NCBI GenBank assembly: GCA_963811435.1
Contig: CAWERD010000007.1
Location: forward strand, 1,079,096 to 1,143,095
Direction of reading: 5' to 3'
Source: Vicinamibacterales bacterium
GTDB taxonomy: Bacteria > Acidobacteriota > Vicinamibacteria > Vicinamibacterales > JAMQPK01
Length of the DNA: 64,000 nt
Numbering within the stretch: the stretch's first letter is position 1; every line of letters begins with the position of its first letter. Positions 49,986 through 58,595 of the stretch are shown here, one piece after another. The notes beneath the pieces were generated by a model. It worked only from the letters and a program-made list of their open reading frames with translations. It was not told where the DNA came from and searched no databases. A program made the translations under genes and the position numbers.

Positions 49986-50061
49986 AGCCCTGTTCCACCG
50001 TATCGGTGGCTAAAGCCCTGTTCTCTTCACCGATGTGGGTGGCACAGCCCTTTAGGGCTGT
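49975..50061. repeat. REP-like cluster with co-varied stem (ACAGGGC/GCCCTGT)
   Basis: aacagggctaaagccctgtt (49975..49994), ccaccgtatcggtgg, a partial copy ctaaagccctgtt, then the inverted copy acagccctttagggctgt (50044..50061). Confidence 0.8.
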
Positions 50062-50068
50062 CTAGGAG

Positions 50069-51271
50069 ATGGACATCCAGAACATCACGCGCAAGATCGA
50101 GGATGGCGAACGCATCGATGCCGCCGACGCGCTCGCCCTCTATAGGCACGCGCCGACGCATCTGCTCGGCCGGCTGGCCGACGAGATACGGTTGCGCAAG
50201 CATCCGGAGCGCACAGTCACCTACATCATCGACCGCAACGTGAACTACACGAACGTCTGCGTGGCGAAATGCAACTTCTGCGCGTTTTATCGCGACGTCG
50301 GCTCGAGCGAAGGCTACGTGCTGGGCTTCGATGAGATCTTCCGGAAGATCGACGAAACGATCGAAGTGGGTGGCGTGCAGCTGCTGCTGCAGGGCGGCCA
50401 CAACCCCGATCTTCCGCTGACGTGGTACGAGGATCTCTTCCGCGCCGTCAAACAGCGCTATCCCGATTTCAAGCTGCATGCGCTGTCGCCGCCCGAGGTG
50501 ATTCACCTGTCGCGGTTGTCGCAGCTTCCGGTGCCTGAAGTCATCGATCGGCTCATTGCCGCCGGTCTCGATAGCATTCCAGGAGGCGGAGCGGAAATTC
50601 TCGTCGATCGCGTGCGCCGGCTTTTGCACTGCTACGGCAAGGCGACGGCCGACGAGTGGCTCGACGTCATGCGTCACGCGCATCATCGCGGGCTGCGCAC
50701 GACCGCGACGATGATGTATGGGACGGTCGAAACGCTGGAAGAGCGCATCGAGCACATGATGCGATTGCGCGAGGTACAGGATGAGACGGGAGGCTTCACC
50801 GCGTTCATCACCTGGAGCTTTCAGCCCGACCATACGGAGCTGGGCGGTACCGAGGCCACCGGCGTCGACTATCTGCGCACGCTCGCGCTTGCGAGAATCG
50901 TGCTCGACAACTTCGACAATCTGCAGGCGTCGTGGGTCACCCAGGGCGGCAAGGTCGGGCAGTTGAGCCTCGCCTACGGCGCCAACGACATGGGCAGCGT
51001 CATGATCGAGGAGAACGTCGTCCGGGCGGCGGGCGCGGCCTACTGCATGGACGAGATCGAGATCGTGCGCAATGTCGAAGATGCCGGCTTTGTTCCCAAG
51101 CGCCGCAACATGCACTACGAGATTCTCGGGGATCCGATCTTCCGCGAGCGCGACGTGCCGCGCATGCTGAGCCTTGCGACCGCTCGCGCCGATGGGGCGG
51201 CGGGTGAAGCCCCCGAGCTGAAGCACTATCCTGCCCGCAGCCAGTCCGGTAAGCACACGCGACTGATGTGA
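50069..51271 (+). CDS. Radical SAM enzyme of the MqnE/MqnC family (aminofutalosine synthase or cyclic dehypoxanthinyl-futalosine synthase)
   Basis: 400 aa with NVNYTNVCVAKCNFCAFY (CxxxCxxC), LLLQGGHNP and SLAYGANDMGSVMIEENVV. It is adjacent to mqnA. Confidence 0.85.
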   Translation: MDIQNITRKIEDGERIDAADALALYRHAPTHLLGRLADEIRLRKHPERTVTYIIDRNVNYTNVCVAKCNFCAFYRDVGSSEGYVLGFDEIFRKIDETIEVGGVQLLLQGGHNPDLPLTWYEDLFRAVKQRYPDFKLHALSPPEVIHLSRLSQLPVPEVIDRLIAAGLDSIPGGGAEILVDRVRRLLHCYGKATADEWLDVMRHAHHRGLRTTATMMYGTVETLEERIEHMMRLREVQDETGGFTAFITWSFQPDHTELGGTEATGVDYLRTLALARIVLDNFDNLQASWVTQGGKVGQLSLAYGANDMGSVMIEENVVRAAGAAYCMDEIEIVRNVEDAGFVPKRRNMHYEILGDPIFRERDVPRMLSLATARADGAAGEAPELKHYPARSQSGKHTRLM

Positions 51272-51272
51272 T

Positions 51273-52490
51273 ATGCCGTCATATCGAGCCGCATGGCTGC
51301 TGCCCATCTCGCAGCCGCCCATCCGCGATGCGTGGCTGAGGACCGAGCGGGGCCGTATCGTCGCATTCGGGCCCACCCGTCCCGGCGACTTCACGGCGCC
51401 GGATGAAATCGATCTCCGGAATGTCGCCGTTCTGCCCGGACTCGTCAACGCGCACACCCATCTCGAGCTCTCGTGGATGCGTGGGCGCACCGCAGGCACC
51501 GGATCGTTCCCCGATTGGATCCGCTCTGTCATGTATCTCAGGCGTGGCGCAGATCCGACGAGCGATGAGATCGCTCGAGCGATCTCTGCCGCCATCACCG
51601 AAGCGCGCGACTACGGAACCCCGCTTGTGGGCGACATCTCGAACACGCTGGCGACATCGATCGAGCTTGCCGGACAACAGATGGCGGCGGTCGTGTTCTA
51701 CGAGCTTCTCGGCTTTCTGGCGAACGATGCCGATCGGGTGATCGGCAACGCCCTGGACGTGCTGCGGACGATGCCGGCTGCCACAGACGTGCGCCACACG
51801 CTCGCACCTCACGCGCCTTACTCGGTATCGCCGGCGTTGTTCGGCCGCATCCGGATTGCCCTGAACCAGGATCCGTTTGCCCGATCGAGCGTGCACCTTG
51901 GCGAATCGGACGCGGAGATCGCGTTTCTGCGCGACGGGAGCGGCCCATACCGGGAGATGCTCGAAGAAATCGGCAAATGGGATCCGTCGTTTGTGCCGCC
52001 GGGTTGTGGTCCTGTGGAGTACGTCGATCGGATGGGGTTTCTCGACGACCGTCTGCTCGTGGTTCACGGTGTCCATCTCGGCGCGAGTGATCTCGAGCGC
52101 ATGGCGTCGAAAGGCGCGACCCTCGTCACCTGCCCCCGCGGCAACATCCTGACCGGTGCGGGTGAACCGCCGGTCAGCGACTTCTTCGATTCCGGCGTGC
52201 GTATCGCCGTTGGTACGGACAGTCTTGCCAGCGTGCCCGATCTCAACATGTTTGCCGAGCTTGCCGAGCTGCGTCGTCTGGCACCCGAAGTCCCGGCGCG
52301 CCGTCTTCTCGAGGCCGCCACGATTAACGGAGCGCGTGCGCTGGGGTTCGAGGCCGAGTTCGGCACGATTGACTCGGGAAAGCGCGATGCGCTGATTGCG
52401 GTCGAGCTCGATGGCGCGGTCTCGGCCATCGAAGAAGAGCTCGTGTCGGGCGTCGAGCAGTCGCGGATTCGCTGGGTATCTGAGTCGTGA
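51273..52490 (+). CDS. Amidohydrolase-family deaminase (candidate aminodeoxyfutalosine deaminase)
   Basis: 405 aa with the metal-binding motif LPGLVNAHTHLELS, plus HLGESDAE and VGTDSLASVPDLNMF. The functional guess comes from mqn context only. Confidence 0.7.
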   Translation: MPSYRAAWLLPISQPPIRDAWLRTERGRIVAFGPTRPGDFTAPDEIDLRNVAVLPGLVNAHTHLELSWMRGRTAGTGSFPDWIRSVMYLRRGADPTSDEIARAISAAITEARDYGTPLVGDISNTLATSIELAGQQMAAVVFYELLGFLANDADRVIGNALDVLRTMPAATDVRHTLAPHAPYSVSPALFGRIRIALNQDPFARSSVHLGESDAEIAFLRDGSGPYREMLEEIGKWDPSFVPPGCGPVEYVDRMGFLDDRLLVVHGVHLGASDLERMASKGATLVTCPRGNILTGAGEPPVSDFFDSGVRIAVGTDSLASVPDLNMFAELAELRRLAPEVPARRLLEAATINGARALGFEAEFGTIDSGKRDALIAVELDGAVSAIEEELVSGVEQSRIRWVSES

Positions 52491-53375
52491 GCGCCGTGCT
52501 GTCGGAACATGGGAAGCTGACCACTGTTCTCGTCAAACATGCGCGCGATGCATTTGTGAGCGCCGATCGGATTTCGGCGCAGTGGACGCACTTGAACTTT
52601 TCCGCTCCACCCGACCTCGGCAGAGCCATCGCCGAGTACCGATGCCTTCCTCGAAATTCTCGCCGGTTGTGGCGCAGACATCGTGTTCCTGCCGCAGGAC
52701 GACACTGTGACGCTCGATTCCATTTACACGCGCGACGCGTCGATCCTGAGCGCGCGTGGTGTCATTCTGGCCAGCATGGGAAAGAAACAACGCTCTGACG
52801 AACCGGCAGTGCAGGAAGTGGTACTACGGCGCCGAGGCTGGCCGGTTGCTGGGACCGTTCATTTACCGGGGCAGATTGAGGGCGGCGATCTCGTCTGGCT
52901 CGACTCGCGGACGCTTGCGGTGGGCCTGGGCGCCCGAACGAACCCTGTCGGCATTCGTCAGCTGAGAATCCTGCTCGGCGATTCGTTCGATGATGTCATC
53001 GTCGTGCCGTTGCCGGACGATCCGGGTCAACACGACGTCATGCACCTCATGTCGCTCATCAGCACGGTAGATCGCGACCTCGCGGTTGTTTACCTGCGGC
53101 TGCTTCCGGAGAATTTCCAACGCATGCTGAAGGATCGCGGCTATCGCCTCGTGGATGTGCCTGACGAAGAATTCGAGACGATGGGGACAAACGTGCTCGC
53201 GCTCGGGCCGGGCGATTGCGTGATGCTGGATGGCAATCCAAAAACACGCGCGGCGCTCGAGCAGGCCGGCGCGCGCGTGCAGGTTTATGACGGTCGCGAG
53301 ATCAGCCTGAAAGGCGGTGGCGGGCCGACGTGCCTCACGAGGCCGCTCGCGCGGGTGGGGGATGCTGAATTGTGA
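52487..53375 (+). CDS. Amidinotransferase-fold enzyme (DDAH / arginine deiminase-like), frameshift near 52640
   Basis: LTTVLVKHARDAF.., then ORF 52683..53375 with DSIYTRDASIL, IEGGDLVWLD, MHLMSLIS and the catalytic-Cys motif GGGGPTCLTRPL. Confidence 0.7.
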
Positions 53376-53542
53376 GATTGGAAGATTGGTAGATTGGAAG
53401 ATTGTTGAAGATTGAAGATTGAGGATTGAGTTTTAGTGCCTCTGTAGTTTTAGTGCCTCTGTAGCGCAGGGCTTTAGCCCTGCCTCAGTAGGGTATTTTG
53501 GGATTCGGGATTGATAGCGATAGGGATTAGGGACAGGATTGG
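53373..53542. repeat. Composite repeat block: GATTGGAA-type array, 17-bp tandem duplication, REP hairpin, GGGATT-type array
   Basis: TGAGATTGGAAGATTGGTAGATTGGAAGATTGTTGAAGATTGAAGATTGAGGATTGAG (53373..53430). ttttagtgcctctgtag occurs twice (53431..53464). gtagcgcagggctttagccctgc (53461..53483). gggtattttgggattcgggattgatagcgatagggattagggacaggattgg (53491..53542). Confidence 0.85.
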
Positions 53543-53600
53543 CGGACGATCGCTCGAACGGCTGCGAGGCGGTCGCGTCAGAACACATGGCGCGGCGTGA

Positions 53601-53969
53601 GCAGCGGAATGTCGGTGTCGCCACGGTTCGACGCTGGGGGCGGTCACGTGGGGGTTGTTGTTCCTGCTCGCCGAGGATGTCCAACGGAATCTCATCCACA
53701 AGGTTGCTTTGGCGCTAAAACCCTCCGGCCGCTTCCTCTTCACGTCGCCCGCACAGTCTTGCACCTGGCCGGACGCGCTGACCGGCCGTGAATCGCGGTC
53801 GCTTGGCACCGACAGTTACAAGGCTCTTCTTTCGGAAGCGTGCCTGGTCCTCGTTGGTGAACACACAGACGAAGGGGATAACCACTACTATGAAGCTGCC
53901 AAACAGCAGTGTGCGACGACACAGACAAAACAGAGCAGCAGTGTCAACCCGGCTGCTTTCTGGAATTAG
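53601..53969 (+). pseudogene. Remnant of a class I SAM-dependent methyltransferase (C-terminal part only)
   Basis: The open frame from 53601 reads ..VTWGLLFLLAEDVQRNLIHKVALALKPSGRFLFTSP.., which is post-motif-II and motif III of Methyltransf_11/25-type enzymes. The N-terminal GxGxG region has no room, since repeats and the previous gene occupy it. Confidence 0.45.
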
Positions 53970-53993
53970 ACGACTGCTGCGAATGGAGTATTT

Positions 53994-54422
53994 GTGAAGC
54001 TGTTTGTGAAGCGCCTTTCCGTCGATGCCACATTGCCGTCCTATGCGCATCCGGGAGATGCGGGGCTCGATCTCTATGCGGCTGTATCCGTCTCGATCGC
54101 ACCGGGCGAGAGCAAGCTCGTCGGGACCGGCATATCCATCGAGCTGCCGCCGAACACCGAGGCGCAGGTGCGGCCGCGAAGCGGCCTTGCCCTGAAGCAG
54201 GGGGTTACCGTGCTCAACACGCCTGGGACGATCGACCATGGGTATCGCGGCGAGGTTGGTGTGATATTGATCAATCACGGGCGCAGCCGCTTCGACGTGG
54301 AGCCGGGCATGAAGATCGCGCAGATGGTCATCGCGCCGTTCGTGAGCGTGGCCGTCGAGGAGACCGGCGAGCTGAGCAGTACCGCGCGTGGGCAAGGCGG
54401 ATTCGGATCGACGGGGGTGTAA
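53994..54422 (+). CDS. dut: dUTP diphosphatase
   Basis: 142 aa with [29 protein letters not shown] and [10 protein letters not shown]. Confidence 0.92.
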   Translation: MKLFVKRLSVDATLPSYAHPGDAGLDLYAAVSVSIAPGESKLVGTGISIELPPNTEAQVRPRSGLALKQGVTVLNTPGTIDHGYRGEVGVILINHGRSRFDVEPGMKIAQMVIAPFVSVAVEETGELSSTARGQGGFGSTGV

Positions 54423-54428
54423 CGACAC

Positions 54429-54872
54429 GTGCCGCAGTTCTCCATGGGACCGTATTCGATCACGACCGATGCGCAGAGGCTCGACCTCGATGCGATTCAC
54501 GGCTTTCTCAGCCGATCGTTCTGGGCCGAAGGCATCCCGAAGGAGACGGTCGCCAGGTCGATCGCCAATTCGTTGTGCTTCGGTGTGTTCGACGGCGACG
54601 CACAGATCGGATTTGCGCGTGTGGTGACCGACCGCGCGACGTTCGCGTACCTCTGCGACGTGTACGTGCTGGAGACCCACCGGGGACACGGCCTTGGCAA
54701 GTGGCTCATCGACACTGTGATGGCGCATCCGGATCTTCAGGGTCTGCGACGGTTCCTTCTCGTCACGCGCGACGCGCATGGCCTGTACAGCCGTCACGGA
54801 TTCGGGCCGCCTTCCCATCCAGAGCGCCACATGGAGATTGTCCGGCACGGGATGTATCTCGAAAAGGAATAG
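54429..54872 (+). CDS. GNAT-family N-acetyltransferase
   Basis: 147 aa with IGFARVVTDRATFAYLCDVYVLETHRGHGLGKWL, the acetyl-CoA binding Q/RxxGxG/A motif. Confidence 0.75.
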   Translation: MPQFSMGPYSITTDAQRLDLDAIHGFLSRSFWAEGIPKETVARSIANSLCFGVFDGDAQIGFARVVTDRATFAYLCDVYVLETHRGHGLGKWLIDTVMAHPDLQGLRRFLLVTRDAHGLYSRHGFGPPSHPERHMEIVRHGMYLEKE

Positions 54873-54891
54873 CGGCCAACAGGGGCGACAG

Positions 54892-55749
54892 GTGTTGAAT
54901 CGATTGCGCACGTATCTCTCGTTTGTGCGTTTCAGCCATTCGGTGTTCGCGCTGCCGTTTGCGCTGACCGGGGCGCTGCTGGCGTCGCGCCGGCAGCCCG
55001 TCACGTGGAGGCACGTCGTCTGGATAGTCGTGTGCATGGTGACCGCTCGGAGCGCCGCGATGGGTTTCAACCGGCTCGTCGATGCAAAGTTCGACGCCGG
55101 CAATCCCCGCACGTCGTCGCGAGAGCTGCCGAGCGGCCGCATGTCGGTCGCGGAAGCGACGATCTTCGTGACGCTCATGTCGATGGCGTTTGTCGCATCG
55201 GCCGCTCAGCTCAGTTGGTTGTGCCTGGTCCTGTCGCCCGTCGCTCTGATCCTCATCTTCTGGTATTCCCTCGCGAAGCGGTACACGTGGGCGACGCAGT
55301 TTTTCCTGGGCCTCGCGATGGCCATTGCACCGGTCGGCGGGTGGCTGGCTGCCGGTGGAGGAGTGGGCTGGGAGCCGTGGCTGCTCGGACTGGCGATCGC
55401 GCTGTGGGTCGGCGGGTTCGATGTGCTCTATGCCTGCCAGGATCTCGACGTCGATCGCCGCCAGCACCTGAAATCGATCCCGGTACGCTTTGGTGTCGCC
55501 CGATCACTCTGGATCTCGCGTGCGATGCACCTGGGCACCATCGTGTGCCTCACGCTTCTTGGCGTGCTCACTGGACTCGGTGCCGTCTATTTCTTCGGTG
55601 TGGCCGCGGTGGCCGGCCTCCTTGTATACGAACAGTCTCTGGTGAGCGAGACCGATCTGTCGAATGTGAAGCTGGCGTTCGATCTCAACGGTTATGTCGG
55701 CATCCTGTACTTCGTCATCACCGCCATCTCGGTTTATGCCGGCCGTTAA
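54892..55749 (+). CDS. UbiA-family prenyltransferase (menaquinone/futalosine-pathway type)
   Basis: The ORF track gives 54778..55749. GTG 54892 (VLNRLRTYLSFVRFSHSVFALPFAL) avoids overlap with the GNAT gene. Motifs are GFNRLVDAKFDAGNPRT and YACQDLDVDR, with 8-9 TM helices. Confidence 0.85.
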   Translation: MLNRLRTYLSFVRFSHSVFALPFALTGALLASRRQPVTWRHVVWIVVCMVTARSAAMGFNRLVDAKFDAGNPRTSSRELPSGRMSVAEATIFVTLMSMAFVASAAQLSWLCLVLSPVALILIFWYSLAKRYTWATQFFLGLAMAIAPVGGWLAAGGGVGWEPWLLGLAIALWVGGFDVLYACQDLDVDRRQHLKSIPVRFGVARSLWISRAMHLGTIVCLTLLGVLTGLGAVYFFGVAAVAGLLVYEQSLVSETDLSNVKLAFDLNGYVGILYFVITAISVYAGR

Positions 55750-55786
55750 CCAATCCCCAATCCCTGGTCCCCAATCCCTGGTCCCT
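55750..55786. repeat. CCAATCCC/CTGGTCCC tandem array abutting stop codon
   Basis: The sequence is ccaatccccaatccctggtccccaatccctggtccc. Related copies lie at 16823..16852 and, in reverse complement, at 53491..53542. Confidence 0.8.
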
Positions 55787-55816
55787 CCAGCGAAAGATCC
55801 TTCTCGTATTTCAGGA

Positions 55817-56530
55817 ATGTTCGATGCGATCGCCGATCGCTACGACTTTCTGAATCATCTGCTCAGCGCAGGCCTGGACAAGCAGTGGCGGAAACGGGCG
55901 GTCGGCGCGCTGCAATTGACGGGACGCGAGACGGTGCTCGACTTGTGCACGGGGACCGCAGACCTGGCGCTCGCCGCGACGACGGGTCGCGCCCGCGCAA
56001 AGCGCGTCATCGGCGTCGATTTTTCCGCCGCGATGCTGCAGATCGGGAAAGAGAAAGTACGCAGGGCGGGTCCTGGAAGACCCGAAGGACACGCGGAATC
56101 CATCACGCTGCTGCGCGGCGACGCCACGCGAATTCCGCTTGCCGACGGCTCGGTCGATGCCACCACGATCGGCTTCGGCATCCGCAATGTCGACGATCCC
56201 GCGCTGGCATGCCGCGAAATCGCGCGGGTTCTTCGCGGGCGCGGCACGCTGGTGATCCTGGAGTTCTCGTTGCCGCGCTCGGCGGCGCTTCGCAATCTCT
56301 ATCTGTGGTACTTCAGAAAAATGCTTCCGCTCATCGGCCGGCTCGTCTCGAAGCACCCGAGCGCTTATACGTACTTGCCCGAGTCGGTTCAGGCGTTTCC
56401 GTCGCCTGAAGAATTCTCGCAACAGCTTCGAGACGCCGGATTTGGCACTGTGCGTGCAGTCCCTTTGACCTTCGGCATCGTCTACATGTTCGTAGCTGTG
56501 AAAGGCGGCGCGCAAGACCGGGTGCTATAA
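55817..56530 (+). CDS. ubiE: Demethylmenaquinone/ubiquinone C-methyltransferase
   Basis: MFDAIADRYDFLNHLLSAGLDKQWRKRAV, VLDLCTGTADLA, ITIGFGIRNV and GTLVILEFS. The start could lie a few codons upstream at a non-ATG codon. Confidence 0.85.
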   Translation: MFDAIADRYDFLNHLLSAGLDKQWRKRAVGALQLTGRETVLDLCTGTADLALAATTGRARAKRVIGVDFSAAMLQIGKEKVRRAGPGRPEGHAESITLLRGDATRIPLADGSVDATTIGFGIRNVDDPALACREIARVLRGRGTLVILEFSLPRSAALRNLYLWYFRKMLPLIGRLVSKHPSAYTYLPESVQAFPSPEEFSQQLRDAGFGTVRAVPLTFGIVYMFVAVKGGAQDRVL

Positions 56531-56545
56531 TCGACTAACTTACTG

Positions 56546-57499
56546 ATGTACATCGACTTTGAGGATCTGCGCCCGGAAACGCCCAGGGTCGAACGGGCAC
56601 TGTCCGTACGCGAGGGTGTCCTCATCTCGATAATCGTCCACCTTTTACTGTTTATCGCCATCCTGATTGTTCCCGATCTGCTCCCGGAGTCGGTGCGCGC
56701 TGCGGTGCCCGCCACCCTGGCCAATCGGCCGCCGGAACAGAGTCCGCGGTTCGTGTTCATGCAGCCTCGGGTCGACGTGTCGAAGCCACAGCCGAGGCCC
56801 GACGTCGATCGCTCGGATCAAGACCGCGTGAAATCGGCCATCGAGAAGCCGCCGAACCCGCAGAATGCGCTTCCGTTTGCGCGCGGCAACTCGCGCGAGC
56901 GCGAGGAAGCCGACGTCGCGCCGCCCAACCGCGGCAATGCCCCTGAAGCCTCTGTCGCGCAGGGCGCGCCCGACGCGACCGCCGAAGGGCAAATGGCCGC
57001 CAACGATCCGTCGAAATCGATGCTGAAGCTGCCGGACTCGCCGAACTCGAAGCCCTCGCTGCGGCTCGGGGACGCGGGCGGCAAAGGCCTGCTAGGCAGC
57101 GCGCTGCGGAACCTTCAGCGCTACGTACAGGAGCAGTCGTTCGAAAACGAGCACGGGAGCGGCGACGCCGAAGGGTTGATTCAGTTCGACAGCAAGGGGG
57201 TCGACTTCGGTCCGTGGCTGCGCCGGTTCGTCGCGCAGGTGAAGCGCAACTGGTTCGTACCGCAAGCGGCGATGATCATGAAGGGGCACGTTGTCATCAC
57301 GTTCAACATTCATCGCAACGGCGCTATTACCGATATCGAAGTGAAGCAGCCGTCGAACGTGGAGTCGTTCAATCACGCGGCGGTCAACGCTCTGCTCGGC
57401 TCGAATCCGACCCAGCCGCTGCCGCCGGAGTATCCCTCCGACACCGCGTTCTTCACCGTCACGTTCCTCTACAACGAAGATCCCGCGGATTTCAGGTGA
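56546..57499 (+). CDS. TonB-like energy transducer
   Basis: 317 aa with an N-terminal TM helix (VLISIIVHLLLFIAILIV) and a Pro-rich spacer. The C-terminal TonB_C-like part reads GHVVITFNIHRNGAITDIEVKQPSNVESFNHAAVNAL. Confidence 0.7.
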   Translation: MYIDFEDLRPETPRVERALSVREGVLISIIVHLLLFIAILIVPDLLPESVRAAVPATLANRPPEQSPRFVFMQPRVDVSKPQPRPDVDRSDQDRVKSAIEKPPNPQNALPFARGNSREREEADVAPPNRGNAPEASVAQGAPDATAEGQMAANDPSKSMLKLPDSPNSKPSLRLGDAGGKGLLGSALRNLQRYVQEQSFENEHGSGDAEGLIQFDSKGVDFGPWLRRFVAQVKRNWFVPQAAMIMKGHVVITFNIHRNGAITDIEVKQPSNVESFNHAAVNALLGSNPTQPLPPEYPSDTAFFTVTFLYNEDPADFR

Positions 57500-57503
57500 C
57501 GCG

Positions 57504-57587
57504 ATGGCGCGACCGACCCGTCCGCAGCAGCTCGGCCTCCTGATCCTGCTGGGGGTCGTCGTGGCCCTCGTTTTCTTCAGGACGTGA
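57504..57587 (+). CDS. Possible 27-aa single-TM micropeptide
   Basis: ATG 57504 gives MARPTRPQQLGLLILLGVVVALVFFRT, then TGA at 57585..57587. It starts 5 nt after the TonB-like stop and ends just before a terminator-like palindrome. There is no homology evidence. Confidence 0.2.
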   Translation: MARPTRPQQLGLLILLGVVVALVFFRT

Positions 57588-57595
57588 ATAGATAA

Positions 57596-57657
57596 GGGGT
57601 CAGACCCCATTTTTTGTTGATTCCGATCGCCTTGGACAAAAAATGGGGTCTGACCCC
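57596..57657. repeat. 62-bp mini-element with perfect 21-bp terminal inverted repeats containing the GGGGTCWGACCCC core
   Basis: ggggtcagaccccattttttg (57596..57616) is the exact reverse complement of caaaaaatggggtctgacccc (57637..57657). It overlaps the annotated 5' end of miaA. Confidence 0.85.
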
Positions 57658-58576
57658 TTTACCGCCGATTCTCGCCATCCTGGGGCCGACCGCCACGGGC
57701 AAAAGCGCGCTCGGCATCGAGCTGGCGCTCAGGCACGGTGGCGAAATCATCAGCTGCGATTCAACGGCCGTTTATCGCGGGTTCGATATCGGAACCGACA
57801 AGGTCCCGATGCCCCAGCGACGCGGCATCCTGCATCACTTGATCGACATTGTCGAGCCAACAGATGAGTACACGGCGGCGCGATACGTGCGCGATACGGT
57901 TGCGGCCATCGAGGACATCTATGCGCGTGGCCAGTGGCCGATCCTCGTTGGCGGTACCGGCCTCTACTATCGGGCGCTCGTGCGTGGCCTCTTTCCCGGA
58001 CCTGGCGCCGATGCGGCGATGCGCGACCGTCTCGAGACAATCGCCACGCGCCGTGGCGTGGAACATCTGCATCGCCTGCTCGGGCGCGTCGATCCCGAAT
58101 CTGCCGTGCGGATCCAGCCTCGCGATCGAAAACGCATGATCCGCGCGCTCGAGGTGTACTTCCTGACAGGCAAGCCGATGACCGAGCACTTTGCGGCGAC
58201 CGTCTCGCCGCTTGCCGGCTACAAGACAATTGGCGTCGCGCTGTCGCCGCCGATCGCTCTCATTCACGAACGGGTTGCGAAGCGTGTCGATGCGCAGTTC
58301 GAGCAGGGGCTGATGGACGAGATTCAAGGCCTGCTCGCGCGAGGTGTGCCCGAAAGCGCGAGACCGTTCGGTGGTCTCGTGTACCGGCAGGCGCTCGAGC
58401 ATCTGCACGGCGTGCGCAGCGAGTCCGAGACACGCGAGCTCATCACGCGCGAGAACCGTCACTATGCCCGCCGGCAGTTGATCTGGTTTCGCAAAGAGCC
58501 TAACCTAGTGTGGCTTCCGACGTCGGGCGAGCATCCGGACACACTGACGGCCGTAGAGGCCCTCCTGGCCTCCTAA
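57614..58576 (+). CDS. miaA: tRNA dimethylallyltransferase
   Basis: ILAILGPTATGKSALGIELA, ISCDSTAVYRGFDIGTDK, ILVGGTGLYYRAL. The start is either TTG 57614 or TTG 57632. Confidence 0.9.
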   Translation: MLIPIALDKKWGLTPLPPILAILGPTATGKSALGIELALRHGGEIISCDSTAVYRGFDIGTDKVPMPQRRGILHHLIDIVEPTDEYTAARYVRDTVAAIEDIYARGQWPILVGGTGLYYRALVRGLFPGPGADAAMRDRLETIATRRGVEHLHRLLGRVDPESAVRIQPRDRKRMIRALEVYFLTGKPMTEHFAATVSPLAGYKTIGVALSPPIALIHERVAKRVDAQFEQGLMDEIQGLLARGVPESARPFGGLVYRQALEHLHGVRSESETRELITRENRHYARRQLIWFRKEPNLVWLPTSGEHPDTLTAVEALLAS

Positions 58577-58595
58577 TCTCCTGTTTATTTGATCC

